64,000 nt of DNA from Harriotta raleighana (Eukaryota), in the NCBI GenBank assembly GCA_050575255.1, contig JBNZDD010013567.1, positions 590,842 to 654,841 on the forward strand, read 5' to 3'. Made by a program: the position numbers and the translations under genes. This document shows positions 39,401 to 52,954 of the stretch, in pieces. The number at the start of each line of letters is the position of its first letter. The first letter of the stretch is position 1. The notes below the pieces were generated by a model. That model made no database searches. It was not told the DNA's origin and saw only the letters and a list, made by a program, of their open reading frames with translations.

Positions 39401-40589
39401 AGAGGAAGAAAAGAGATATAGGAATGCTCTGAATATGCTATATACAGTAAAAACAATTGGTTTATTTAAAAAATGTATTTAATACTTTTGGGGAATCCAC
39501 TATTCCCAATCCCAATCCTCTGCTCCAATCTGGATCACTGATCGTCCAGCGCCTTAGGACGTCCTCCTATGTGAAAAGTGTGATGTAAATGTAATTTTGT
39601 GCTGTAATATATATTCATGCAATGTACAGTTCAAATGCAGCATAAAATTTACATTTACGCTACACCTTCAAATGACTGCAGTGCATTTTAACTACGTATA
39701 ACTTTCCCACATTAACTAGGAACAGTTGACTAGGTATTATCCTGTCATCTTTCTCCTGCCTTTTTAAAAGAGATCAAATTGAAGTAACTGTCTCTCTTTA
39801 GTCATTGGATGTGCAGAAGAGTTTTACTGCTGCTTTTTCAATGAAAGCTGTTTCAACAAAAAAAATAAGTTTGATCAAAGGACAGAGCTGATATGCAGGG
39901 TGCCATTTTATCTTTCTTACAAATTGTGCAGCCCTTGCTAGTTCAAGATGCCCAGCTATGATAGGGAATTTCATTATGACTGGACTGTAGATAGACATAG
40001 TATCTTTGGTCTTTAATTATCTCCACCTCACTGGTTATCCAATCAAGAAACACCCAACAGGGCTACACCGTCGACAGGCAAGACCTCTTGGACATACGAA
40101 GCTTGTTCAAAACATTTATTACAATGTACAGTACCAGCAAAGATTGCTGCACAAAAACACAATGTGAATTTTCGCTTAGCAGTTTTTTTTTAAAAGTAAT
40201 TTAATTAATCTGGAACGGATTAGTATGTAATCTTTTTTTAAAAAGTTAAAGCATTTCTCAGTGAGAGTAACTCCAATTACATAGCTGTGATGAGTGCAAA
40301 TAATGTTCATACTTTTTTTCTATCTAAATGTTAGTGAAATGTATGAAGATGAGTGGGAAAGCAGGATTCTCTATGGAATGTTGGTCACTGACCCACATCA
40401 CTTTAGACTGTCAATGAGCCAGATTAATGGCAAATGACATTTCATAATGTGAAATATAAGATGAGACTTAACTCTGCTTTAATTTTAGTTGTATGGTGAA
40501 TGGATAATGGATCAGGTACAGGAGAAAATTCAGATGTGTGAATTACACATGAAAGATTTGTATATCAAGACACATAGATTGTTTTAATA

Positions 40590-40800
40590 ATGATACTAAT
40601 CCTTGCATTTGATTCTCAGCACTTCACAGAATATACATACTGTAAAGTGCATTGACTGTATCTTTGTGGGCGAAACATGGCAGCCAATAGCATACAGCAG
40701 TGTTCTGCAAACAGTCTGGATTGAAATGACCAATTTATTATTGGGGTTTTTTGAGAGATTATTATCAGGCATGTGGAGTGAGGAAACTTGCCCATGGTTT
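40590..40800 (-). mobile_element. 5'-truncated copy of the same SINE family as 53275-53600
   Basis: Reverse complement contains ccatgggcaagtttcctcactccacatgcctgataat, aaattggtcatttcaatcc, ttggctgccatgtttcgccc and the shared tail. Confidence 0.75.
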
Positions 40801-41945
40801 TGCCCTGTTTTGGGCCCTTAATACAAGAAAGCAGATTCTTCTATTTCTCTAGAAGAATTGGTAAGTTCTCTAATATTTGGCATAGTGTCTTTATGAAAAT
40901 GTAAAGATATTTGTGATACGGAGGAAAGAGATGAACAAGGATCAGTGTTCTTATGGTTGAGATGAAGATAATTCTATTCATTGAGAGGGCAGGGAAAGAG
41001 TATGAGAAAGGGGAAACCAAAATAACACCGAAAGTGTGCACGTAATTATTTGAGATGACTAAAAGAGGAAGCTGCTATAGCAAGATTTCCTTGAAGCATT
41101 ACAGAAAATTCAGAGACTTGCTACCAGGGCAGGAACAAAATGAAAGTGGTGGCTCTGGATCCTGAGTCAGAACAACAACAACAACTTTGATTTATATAGC
41201 GCACTCCATGCCCCCAGAACCTAATGTGTCAAGCGAATGACTCCCTTTCATTGTTGCTTTAACTCTTTATGTTGCTGCACTATCCAAAATCGAGGACTTG
41301 GTTTCAAAACTAAAGCGGGGAATATATAGAAGCTCATAGGAAAGCTAAAAACATTGCATTCCAATCGCATATGTACAAATATACAGTTTATTGGAGACAA
41401 TAATAACCCTTGCACTTGATATAGCTATGAATATTGAATCAGTTACAACAATGATGTGCCTGATAACTTGCTTTTTGTACTCTTCATTTGAAAGGCATAT
41501 TATTTGGTTTTCCTGAATCTGTTTTCCCTTTCCCAGAAATTACTTTGACACCTGTCTTCCTGTTTTCCATCACTGTTACTGCTGGTTGTAGATTGGAGGA
41601 AGGAGGGGGAGTATTTTGTATCCATCCCCATGTTGCATTCAGTGATGTCACTAACATTTCCTCAGCAAAGGATATTGCAGTGGTCTTAACCATGATATCT
41701 TTGACAGACTAATCATGGATCCCAGTTCCTCTCACACTTCCTTCTGACATCCCTCAACTGTTAAAATATTTCCTCTGCATATCGAATTGTTGGATGAGAA
41801 GTGAAGACTTGGGCTTCCTACGGGGTACAGTTTGGTGATGTGGATTTTCGATCATATTTTGCTTTTGTTTAGTTGTGCAGGAACAAATGTTGCACATATA
41901 ACTTGTTGCTGACAGAGATAACCTATTAACTTATCAACATCAATA

Positions 41946-42046
41946 TATAACTAGAGCCAGTGTAATCATGACTAATGTATAACTAGGTGCAACCAGGGCA
42001 CTGTAACCTGACGTGTATAACTAGGGACAATGAATCCATGACTAAC
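41946..42046. repeat. Degenerate minisatellite, three units starting TATAACTAG
   Basis: tataactagagccagtgtaatcatgactaatg / tataactaggtgc...ctgtaacctgacgtg / tataactagggacaatgaatccatgactaac. Confidence 0.65.
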
Positions 42047-45024
42047 TTGCCTCAGATTTGATCTTGTGTTTGCTTGGAGCACTCAAAGATTGAGGGAAAT
42101 GAAAACATCTGATGTAATTGTAATAAGTAAGGTGTCTTCTCTGCCTGTTTATATTTTCTAAGGCAAATTTCTATAGAATTGTACTGGTGAGGGGAGGGGT
42201 TTAATGCATTTTCTCAAGATATGAAATGTGACCCGCAAATTGCAGTTCAATATATTATTCCTCAGATCAATGGGACGATCTACAACGGGACTGTTATGTA
42301 ATTGATAAATTCAGATGAGCTGAACCAAGGGAATGTTTTAGTTGAACCTCCAATATTCACTGATGGATCTTTTATATTCTTGTGTATTGAGATATATATA
42401 TCTACAAATGTATTGTACTGTTGGAACCTTAATAATAGCAGCTAAATGTAATATGAAATCATAATTAGGCTGGGTTATTGTGTGGCAATTATTACCTTTG
42501 AAATAATCTGATTGTGTGATTCACAAGCGGGTAAAATTAAATAATTTTGAAGTACATTATAGAGCGACTGAGGATATCTAACCAGGTTATACAGATGTGT
42601 TTCCGGGAATAGAATTGTTTGTTGGTTGCAGAGGAGCTCAGTCTGATGAACATCATAGAAGCGCCTCTGTCTAAATGTGAAATCTGATGGTTCAGTGGAA
42701 AAGGACTTTTAGGATATTTATACAGGATATCCCGCTTAATCTTGAAAGCTTGTTTGCTTTAGATACCACCCACCCCTCCAGCTTGATTGACATGTGCAAT
42801 TTGTGCCTGTACCAAAATACTGGAGTTTCGCAAACAGTTTAGTGAGATTGTTCATTTGTAAAAAAAAAAAAAAATCCTAATAGCTTGATGCAAATTTAAA
42901 GTATTTGAGGGGAAAGGTAAACTGATTCATTTATTGTCCATGTTTATGGATGTTCCTATTGATTCCACCCCCTACCGAGAAGTATCGGAGGTCAGAAACC
43001 ATGCCTCGCCATTAGTTGCAAAGCAAGAAAGTCAACACTGAAGGGCAAGAACTGATCAGCCACCCAGAGCTATGGTTTATTAAAAATAATAATAATGATC
43101 CTTACATTTGTTATAGTGCTTTTCACGTCTAGTAGACGTCTCAAAGCACTTCACAGAATATACTGTAAAGTGAATTGACTGTATGTTTCTGGACGGCTTA
43201 ATCCCAGGCAGTGATGTCAATCTGATCTGTGACTTTGTTTTGATTAAATGTGTTCTACCCTCTGCAACATGAGGCCTGCTCTGTGCGCTGCTCAATTTTA
43301 GTTTGAAAGAACATGCAGAAAAAAACTGATTTAATGCCGCCGTGTGGGGTAAATGCTTTTTGTTCTCTAAATAAAAGATATGTCGAGCTGATAGAAGTTT
43401 AGATGTCCAAATGTAGCTTCCTCTTTAAAGTAGAACACTATTTGAGGAATAATTTATGTTTAAATTTTAAAGGGTATTTATTGCAGTGGGCACCTCAATC
43501 TGTATGCTTCAGTGATCAGCATTTCCTTTGAATTTATTTTAAGCACCAGTTTTCCAAATTCAATTAAGACTACTTTGTATTTCTTTCACAATACTTTGCA
43601 CATGTGGGAACATTGGTTCAAACCGAGTTATTGGGTTCTGCCACTGAAGGGGTTACCTTTCTGAGATATTCTTGATCTAAAACTTAATCATGTCTACAGA
43701 TCAGAAGCAGGCAGGTGGGGTTGGTGGAAATAAAGATACTGTTGTTTAGAATTGCTGCTCCCATTTTCTGAGCTATAAATTCTATTTTCCCTACATTGTT
43801 AAGGGACAGGAGACCGGATTGTGTAATAGACAAGGACTAAGGTACAAAGAAACTATTTTGTGGTTGATAGAAATCAAAACACATGCACCCTATATCGCAT
43901 ACATTTACTGGGGAGCTACTAGCTTTAGAAATTCCTTAACTATTTAAATCCTGTATTAATAAAAGGTTTGTCCTATATTTAAAACATTTTTGGACACATA
44001 GCAGAACTGTTAATCAAACCATTTTGTTGACCATCAATTGTCAGAAAATATATTTTCAAACAGAAATGTCTTGAGGGTTAACTTGTATGTTCCAGAATAA
44101 GCATACCAATCTGTCTCCATAGTGGGAAGCACTAAAGGTTCTATGCATTCCTGTGCTGTAGATCAGCTTCACCATTTGTCTGATAATTCTCTTCTCTACC
44201 ACCTTCACCACTGTCAAATATATATCCTTTAGGAATATAACTGTGAAACTACAGGGGAGTGACATTCTGGATGGATTAAGATGGAGTTGAAGTGCTAATT
44301 GTTGATACATTATTAATATAGGGAAATTTACTTTTCTATAATTTTCAAACGAAACGTTATACAATTTGGATGCATTTTTTTTTCCAATTTTCTGTGCATA
44401 TATAATTGTGATGTGTTGACACAATTTGTTTCATATGAAACTAAATGTGCAGTTGTTGTATAGTGCAACATGAATTTGAGGATACATATATTATAAAGGA
44501 GTAATAATTAATAATAATTCTTGCATACGACAGAACACCATATCACATCATCAAGACATCTCACAGCGCTTCACAGGATATTCTGTAAAATGGATTGACT
44601 GTATTTTACGGGCTGTAGTTATGGTGTGTTGCAAGTTTAATGCTGTTTATCCAGATTTTAGGGGGGGAAACAACTTGTGAGCATGCAATTTTAAAATAAA
44701 AACTTTTTCTTATCAGTGCAAATTAAAGTCAAATGCTTTTGGAGAAAAAAGTCAATGAAATGGAAACAATGCTTTAAAACTATTGTTTTATTTTTTTTTA
44801 AATGCAGCATTAAACAGGTTATTTATAAATGTTGTCTGTTCATCTCCATCTGTTATATTATTTCCCTTTCCTTTATTCCTTTTGACTTTCTATCTCTTCC
44901 TTCCTTGACGTGCATCATTTATCTTCCATTTCCTGTTTTTCTGTGATCTCAGACACAGACTATTACAAGGCTATCTTATGTAGGAAAGTTCCTCTGGTGT
45001 ACTGCAAGGCGAATGCTGACCCAG

Positions 45025-45400
45025 GTGTCAATGTGGTTCAGTCGGTAGCACTCTTGGCTCTTAGGCAAAAAGTTGTGGGTTCAAGATCTGCGTCAGGACT
45101 TTGAACTATGTTTTGCCTGAGTCCCACTCCCCCTCCGCCCCCCCAATGTCATGTTGAAGGTGTACTGCATTGTTTGAGGTGCTGTCCTCTGTTGTGGTGT
45201 TAAACCAAGGTACCCCCTGCTTGTTCAAGTGGACATTACAGCCCCCCAAATAAAGTGTTCACTCACTTTATTTGCGGGATCTTCTTGTGGGCAAATTTGC
45301 TGCTATATTCACCTACAAATATGTATCACTGCACTTCACAGTAAAATCCAGGGAAGCACTTTGAGATGTCTTGACAAAGTGATAAACTATTATTATTAAT
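45025..45400 (+). mobile_element. Full-length Deu-domain tRNA SINE (older family)
   Basis: Head tggttcagtcggtagcactctt...gggttcaag; central actgcattgtttgaggtgctgtcct...gttaaaccaagg; gggatctt...caaatttgctgc; tail aagcactttgagatgtc...tattattatt. Confidence 0.75.
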
Positions 45401-47597
45401 TCCTTTTAATGTCTTTAAAAATAGCATATATTATTTTTTCTTGTAATAACTGCTGTTACCACTTATCTGGAATAACTATTAACTGGATAATATTAAAACC
45501 AATATGTTTCGGGAAATTCACTTGCAGTAAGCAGCACCTTAATTCTTTATCCAAGTCATTATCACCAAGAAAATAAAAGGCAGATTTAACGCTGATCACA
45601 TTACTGTTATCTGGTAAGTTAAGGGAAATGGACAGGACAAAGGAAAAGCTCCAGTTGCAAAGAAGTCAAAAAGCCAAGTGGAACACAATGATCTCGTTCA
45701 GATGGTGTGGTTTAAACTTCACTGATGTTTTTGTTCCTGTGAGTTGCATTGAGGTGCTGGCATTATTGGCAGAGACATATGACGGCAAGTTTAACTTTTT
45801 GATTTGTGTTTCAAAATGTCTGCGTGTGGGTGTACGCTTGTATTTCCTAAAAGACTCTGATTGTAAAGCAAAAGAGTATTTTGTTGGAAAATAAATCTGG
45901 AGGGTATGATCATATTTGAACATGTTCCTGAATTTTTGAAAGAAAAGTTCACTTAATTTAAGAGCAATCTTAAGCATCCTATCTGCATCATACTTCTGTC
46001 CTGAGGTATGCCTTTATATACTTCATTTTAATATTCAAATACGCTCGCTTTGTGCTGAGTCATTCTAGATAAGTTCTCAAAACCATGTAATCACGAGGAC
46101 TAGAAGACATAAACCAGAGCATTTCAACTTATCTTAGAACTGTGGATGCATGGCCGTGTGGCTTTTGAGTTCTCTTTCTCCCCCTGACTCTGAAAAGATT
46201 AGTTTCTTTCAAGAGGCATGTTCTTGGCTTTCAGCAGCCATGTTTGAAGGGGTTACTGCAGGTTTGGTACTTTCGCAGTCTTGGACCATGTCTGCTGCAT
46301 TTCTTATCATATTGCAGTGGAGCCAGGTTATATTGTGGTGGTTGAGGTGCCATAAAATCCTAAACATAGCTATAATGGGACCCAAGTGATGGACAGCGCC
46401 AATATTCCTTGCCTCCTAAATGCCTCCTAGCTTTTTTGCTAGCTAAAAAAAAAGACTGATATCCAGGTCATCAGTTTGCCACCAGTGTTGCTGATATCAG
46501 ATGTCCAGGTCATTGTCCAGTTGTTTTTTAGTGGGAGAAAAGCCAGCAGTCTGTATGTGTGTTCTCCGGATTTTTTGGTAAGAAAATGTCGCAGTACAAA
46601 CCCCAACAATGTTATATGGGAAACCATGTCATGCTGGTGCCCTCTGGTATAGCCAGCCACACAAAGAGAAATTGGTGTATGCGCTATCTCTCTCTCTCTC
46701 TCTCATTGGAAGAAATCACCACAGAGATTGGTAGGGAATTGCTCAATAAGCAGTAGAGGGAACTGTGAAGCTGCTCTGACCTGGATGTGAATGCTGCCTA
46801 CAATAAGTGGGCAATCAAAAAAATAGCATAACCACAAACAAACACATGGATTATGTAGACCATGTGCGAATGAATGTGTTGAACTTCATTGCTGTTTTGC
46901 CATTTGTTGTGCTTGTGTTCCCCAGAATTTAGCATGTGTACTCATTAACTAGTCTTGCCAATAAATAAGCAGAATATTTAAATTTTGAATCACTTTATGT
47001 GTTTCTCCTGCCTCCCACCCTCACTCCACCCCCTCCCCCCTCCCCCCATGCACCAATCAAACTTTAAAAACCATTCAGAGTGAGTTTTGATGTGAGCTGT
47101 CCATTTGTGAAATATGCAAATCTTGATTTTACAGTGTGGAGGGCTCAAACACTTGACATAGTTTCTTTTAAAAAAAATTGAAAATATCAATTAAAGTTGC
47201 TGAATGTCTGCCCTTCACAGTTTATTTATAACATCTGTACATCAACTTTCACTTTTTACACAGTGTGCTTTTTTGAGTGGTTGCTCCATCAACCTCTTAG
47301 CAATGTTGTTTTTGGTGAGGTCTTTATATTTGTGTTGTATGTGTGTATGTTTTTGTTTCTTTCTCCACTCCCCCCACCACCCCTTCTCTACTGCCCCTGA
47401 AGCCAGTGCCTCTTGCTGGGCTCCTATTCTTGATGAGCCAACAAACCTCTGGTACTTAGTCCACACTTCAATTTCCCTGCTTGAGCCTACATCCCGGGTA
47501 TTTATAGTTTTATTCACATGCAAACAACAGCACGGTCGTGCCGGATTCTGTCCTCGTCTGAACGCCATAAATGCCGAGTAGGATCCCTGAATAGTAG

Positions 47598-47810
47598 ACA
47601 AAAGGCCAAGTATTGCAGATGCTGGAAACCTGGTATAAACACAGAAGTCACTGGTACCACACAGCACATCGGGCAGCATTCACAGAGAGAGAAAATGAAT
47701 TAACGTTTCAGGTCTGTGACCTTTCTTCAGTTCTGAAGAAACGGTCATAGACCTGAAGCATTAACTAATTTTCCTCTCTTCATGGATGCTGCCTGACTTG
47801 AGGTGTGTTC
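47598..47810. mobile_element. Foldback Penelope-like repeat with two head-to-head hammerhead-like motifs
   Basis: Inverted repeat centred on 47731-47732 (taacgtttcaggtctgtgacctttcttcag tt ctgaagaaacggtcatagacctgaagcatta); outer arms ggcagcat...gagaaaatga / ttttcctctc...atgctgcc. Confidence 0.65.
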
Positions 47811-47873
47811 TAAGTGAGTAGTTGAAACCTACTCAGTAGATGGTCAGTAGTTGAAACCCTAGGTTCCCTCTCT

Positions 47874-47922
47874 CCCCCCCCCCCCCCCCCCCCCTTTTTC
47901 CCNCCCCCCCCCCCCCCCCCCC
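47874..47922. other. Poly-C tract containing an N (probable contig join)
   Basis: C homopolymer runs with n at 47903. Confidence 0.9.
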
Positions 47923-49819
47923 ATTTTTCCCCATACCCTCTCAAAGATACTGAGCCAATTGTGACATCCACTGTAGAGCTGGCTTCTATCATTGTTAATA
48001 GATAGTTACTGTTCGTGATTTTTATCTGCTCATGCAATGATCACTCCTTAAGTGAAAAGGTAGGAGGGGTATGTGTTTGGAGTTGGGGGGGAGCGAATAA
48101 CAAACCCATTATTCACTTTAACTGAAAGTGACAGCATTAAAGATACACATCCTACATTATGCTGAAATACTAAACCTCATTTTGACTTATTTCCCTTGTA
48201 AAAAAAACATGACCCATTTTGCAAAGTTGATGTGCCCCATTTAATCTTGCTCCTTGATCTTTTTAAATGTGGTACTTTAAAATGATTCAGAAATAAACTT
48301 ATCAGAAATATTTCTGTTGTACAGCGCCAAACGTGCGTAAGAACAAAAGAAATCTATTTCTTAAATAAATGGTGCTTACAGTCACTGCTATTTTCTGTGA
48401 CTTTATCAAAAGTAAACAGCCTGGGTACCTTACAGTATTTGGTTAATGATCCTAGTGATAGGAATTATTCTGATAATTTTAGGGTCAGGTGATAGAACTG
48501 GGTCCAATTGGATGGAGAGACTCGGGGCTGATGGAGAGATAAGATAACCAAATTGCATTAATGCAGGTAGTGAAGCAAACAAATCAGCGAATGCTATAGA
48601 CCCTGAGATAGGCAGCAAAATGGACTTTGTTACAGCTGATAATGAAAGATCATTTCAGCTATTAGTAGAGTGTCCAATATTCTTGCAGATAAGGATCATT
48701 GAGTTTCACATCAAGAAAACCACAAAGACAGGGAAATAACATGAAAGGTATAAGATTCCTTTTCCCATTGTCTGCAACAAGAACCAGGAAAAACATGACT
48801 TCTTTTTACTTATTGTAACCCTTGAAGTACTCGTCGACGTATGCTTAGCTGAAAAATATTCCTTTGAAAAATAAATGACTAATTTTGATTTGTTTCCGCA
48901 TTAGCCAGAGTGAACTTTGCTCACTTGACCTTAGTAACTGTAGCCACATTCGTCATTCACCTTTACCTCTGTCATGGTAAGTCTTTTTCCCCCCTTCCCT
49001 CCATCTTTGTTGTTTAAACTTTTTCATTCAGCCTAGAATGCTTTGTGACAATCACCCAACTCATCCTAGCATCACTAACTGTTGCTAGCTGGCCCGAATG
49101 CCTGATTGGCGCCATTAGAAAAGAAAGTTACTGGAAACCATTTTCCAGATGGCCACCTTCTGGGCTGCTATATATTAATCTAATGGTGAGTGTGTAAATT
49201 TGATACAGTCTAGGAAAATTATTGGGCAGGTAATTTCTCTTCTGATGGATTAAGAGGATGTGCTTTGCATACAGGAATACCCCACCATAGTCCACCAGGC
49301 AAAGGCCAGGACTTGGACTACACCTCTTAATATAAAGATTAGACTTTCCGATTTAAGCTTTAACACTAAAAACAAAACTGAGGCATTTTTCCAATTTCTT
49401 ATTGGGAGGTTGACAGATGGATATTTGGATTACTTTTTATTTCACAGTTGAGAGACACTTATTCATCTGGTAAGGGCTAATTTCATACCTCAGTAATTGT
49501 ACGTTTTATCCTCTTTTTACTAAATTTCATATGGGGCTTTGTTTCATCAATTGTTCCTCCTATTTTAAGAAGCATGCTTAGAATTCTACATGGCTTGTAT
49601 TGTTTTATGCCTACACTGATTTGGCACAGCTAACTCCAAATAGTTCTCTCGGGTAGCGTCCTACAATATTCTTATCCATAAGTATTTTGAAATTACTTCA
49701 AAAACTTGTATTTAAAAAAAACTTATTCCTGAGATGCCTAACCTCTCTAATAGGGCTGCCATCCTTTCAGCATTTCCTTGGCAACATGTGGCTATGTGGC
49801 ATTTTATTAGCCAAGTTCT

Positions 49820-50145
49820 GACCTCTATCTCCCCACTGTTCATTCAACTGCACCAAAGCCTCAGAAATATTTGAAAGATAGTGACCTTGATTGGAAGGCC
49901 AGTCACAGCACTCCTGAGTTTATTGATGTTGATAAAATCTTTGTTTTTGAGATCACACAGCAAGAGAACATGTCCAAGCAGAATGGAGCTCCAGAGAGCG
50001 GGGGTAGAGCATGGCTGAATCTTGTCCACCGATGGGGAAGGGGGTCGGTGTACACTGAGCAGCAAGTGCGGTTGGGGCTGTAAGGTTCAGGGAATTGAAG
50101 AGGTTGGGTAGGGCAAGGTTGCGGAGCAATTTGAACACAACTTCC
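49820..50145 (-). mobile_element. Decayed L2 LINE ORF2 C-terminal fragment
   Basis: Minus-strand peptide VFKLLRNLALPNL...P resembles L2 VFK.LH.LAP.YL; frameshifted downstream. Confidence 0.5.
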
Positions 50146-51727
50146 TATTTCTAATCCCTTTTACTGCTAGAAGTGATGCATTTCGCTTAAGCATGAAAAG
50201 GGCATTTGTCATGAAGTTTGGATCCTAACCGTTGCGATCAATCTCTTCGTTTCCTTTAGGAAACAGCAGGATATATTTCCTGTCATCCACCATTGGGTAA
50301 TGGGATGTAACTCCAGACCAACTCCCCACAAAAAATCTGGAAACGTGTGGAAAGATTTGTAATAAATAAGTTTGCTTATTTGGAAAGATTGGAGCCATTC
50401 CTCAATTTTGGAAGATTGGAAAGTATCAAAACTGGTGGTTAGAGATTTCCTGAAATCAGAATAAAAGCAGACAGTAAATATCATATTTAATGTTGACAGA
50501 AGGAACCTTTTACTGTGGGATTTAAAAAAAAATATTTTGATATTGGCAATTAGGATCTTTTTAAATTAGAACAAATGTGGGTGGGTGGGGATGTGTGAAG
50601 CGAAATGATTGAGGAAAATGAAAATAGAATGATTCAATAACAATATAAAATTTCATTTTTAGAGTCATGGGTTTGTACCTGATTTAAAGCAATATCTTAG
50701 ACTTTATTGAAACAGGGGAGTGGGGGTTGGTGATAATCCTATCTTTTAATACCAGCCCTTAAAAAATACAGGTTACGGTTAATACAACCTGGCAGTGATA
50801 TTCAAGATGTCACTTTTGTGTTCATTCCAATGAAAATATTGTAAGCTCCCATTGCAGAGGTTAATTTGTCATTCACTGGTATCCTGTTTACATTTTTTTG
50901 GAACAATAGTCCATCAGGGACCATAAAACCATTTGACAACTGGGTTTAGCTAGTACTGTAGAAAGGATAAAGTGTTGTTGCAGTAGCTGTGGAAGAGTTT
51001 ACTAGTTTCCCTGTTGGCTGGAAAGGTTCGTTTATCTTTTCAGAGCGTTTTGCTCTGGTGGGGTTTGATATATAGAAGATAGATGAGTGTTTTGACATGG
51101 AGCATGTCGAACAAACATTCTTATCTCTGCACCATGGTATCCTGACCTGGAATGAGTGATGAACTGAGGACAAGACTGGGTGCAGCATAAGGGAGGTGAT
51201 GGTGCTGTTATTGGCAGATGAAGGGTACGTTACTTTGTGCAGTGTGTCAAGAACGGCTAACCATACAGTATTTAACCTCTGCTTTGTCCTTTCTGTAACA
51301 AAGTGCAAGTCGGCAATATCTTACAAATCCTTTCTTGTGCACAGCTGCACAGATCAGTGCTGGTGCAATCTTCCAGTATTTGAGCATTGAAAAAGGCAAG
51401 ATAAGCTGATAATTGAGCTACTAAACTTGATATTAAAAAAAATTGAAATGATGACGGCAACAACAATTTACAATAATAGTTGGATAAAGCTGCGTTCTGG
51501 AATGTTTATTTTTAATCAGTTGTTTTATTATTAGACTGAATAAACTGAGACTCAGATGCATCATTCAAACCATTGTGGATTTGGTGTCTGTGCTTAAGGG
51601 GACAAATTTCTCATTCTAGAAAGTGAGTTGTCTAAAAATGAATTAGTGCATTCCTTTATCCAGTTCCCTGGGTCATCTGCCAAATTATGTATGTTGACCC
51701 GTTTCAAGATGTTGCTCTTGTTTTAAG

Positions 51728-51990
51728 CTCCCCCTGTGGGCTAATGGATAAAGGCAGCACTAAATCATAGAAATTGGAAGGTAGCAGCTTTGAATCCCAG
51801 TCAGTGCGCAGTTAGTTGATCTCAGCCAGGTTACAAGTAGGCACTGCAATTGTTCACCTGCCTCAACTCCCCAGGTCAGGGAGGGATAAAGCAGCCAGGG
51901 TGCCTGATCCTGATCGCTATCCAGTACTGCTATGTAAACATGAATAGACATCAGTTGAGGAAAGGATTGGACTCTCCAATTAGTTAACCT
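51728..51990 (+). mobile_element. Ancient tRNA SINE, AmnSINE2-like
   Basis: ctgtgggctaatggataaa..tttgaatcccagtcagtgcgcagttagttgatctcagccagg..gggagggataaagcagccagggtgcctgatcctgatcgctatccagt matches my recollection of the AmnSINE2 consensus; the family name needs Dfam confirmation. Confidence 0.55.
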
Positions 51991-52270
51991 TCTCTCATTC
52001 CACCTTTGCTGTCTACATAAAAAGCCTAGCCTACAAGTGGATCAGGCTTGTCATTGTAATTTAAAGGTGGCTGTTAAATTACACCTGTCCACTGAGGTGA
52101 ACGAAGATTGCAAGATAGCATTGATTTTCACGGTAGCTAAACTGTTATTGATGAAAATTACATTGCTTCTTTTTTTTCCATTAGCTGCGTCATGTTGTGT
52201 GTCGCATCACGACTACTCAGCAAATATTGTGCCTTTTAAATGTTTTGTTTCTATTTTGCGTCATTTACAG

Positions 52271-52407
52271 AGTCACTGGAGCTAAACCACTTGGAAAGCG
52301 AATCACAAGTGAGAGCGTGTCAGACTTTGTCAGAAGGCTTCTCCTGGGGTCCATACAAAGGATCAATTAATAGCAGTAACAAAAGTACTACAGAACTTCA
52401 AAAGTCG
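52271..52407 (+). CDS. zfpm1: ZFPM1/FOG1 coding exon 4 equivalent, PR(SET)-like domain (137 nt, phase 1-0)
   Basis: Acceptor tcatttacag| and donor TCG|gtaagg. Encodes ESLELNHLESESQVRACQTLSEGFSWGPYKGSINSSNKSTTELQKS; the RA...L..G.SWGP(F/Y).GS motif is typical of the FOG1 PR-like domain. Confidence 0.93.
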
Positions 52408-52954
52408 GTAAGGAAATAATTTTGTACGTCAAAATTGTTCGTCAAATGCTTTTTTTTAATAATAAAAATTAGATCATTTGTGCGCATGACCGGAGATACT
52501 GATTCCAAAGCTTTGAGGTAAATATATGCAAGTTTTTCCATGTTTTCAGAGCAACTCATTTGGTGAGAGGGTGATGCATATTGTTTTTTTAGCAGCAACT
52601 GACCATTGAACATACGTTATGGTCAATAAACTTTTAACAAAACAACTTGGTATCATTCCAGTACTTGTCAACTGCCCTACTCCCACAAGGGAAGTATTTG
52701 AGGGGTTATCTCATCTATTTTATTTTATGTTTTGTTTTAGTGATAATTAAATGACTTTCAGCGTTCTCAGCCAATCCCTCCTCACTCGACTGAACAGGCA
52801 TAAAATTGCCCCAAATTTGGCAAACATTTTAACCGTTACATTCACAGAGGTTAGAAACGAGAACAATCCTCGCATTCAATACAGCACCTTATCGTGTCTT
52901 TGAGACATCTCAAAGTGCTTCACAGGATTTGCTGTTGAATGTAATCACTGTATA

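Noticed and set aside
40800-41130. Old CR1-like fragment (also ~37880-37960), plus L2-like traces at ~51150-51200 and 55060-55290
   Set aside because: Only faint motif resemblance; boundaries cannot be supported without a profile search.
41470-41870. Coding-like composition with overlapping ORFs on both strands
   Set aside because: No recognisable motif or splice structure and several stops in the extended frames; possibly a decayed element, but I cannot support a call.
47874-47922. G-quadruplex/i-motif-forming poly-C tract
   Set aside because: It contains an N, so length and sequence are unreliable and it is likely a contig boundary.
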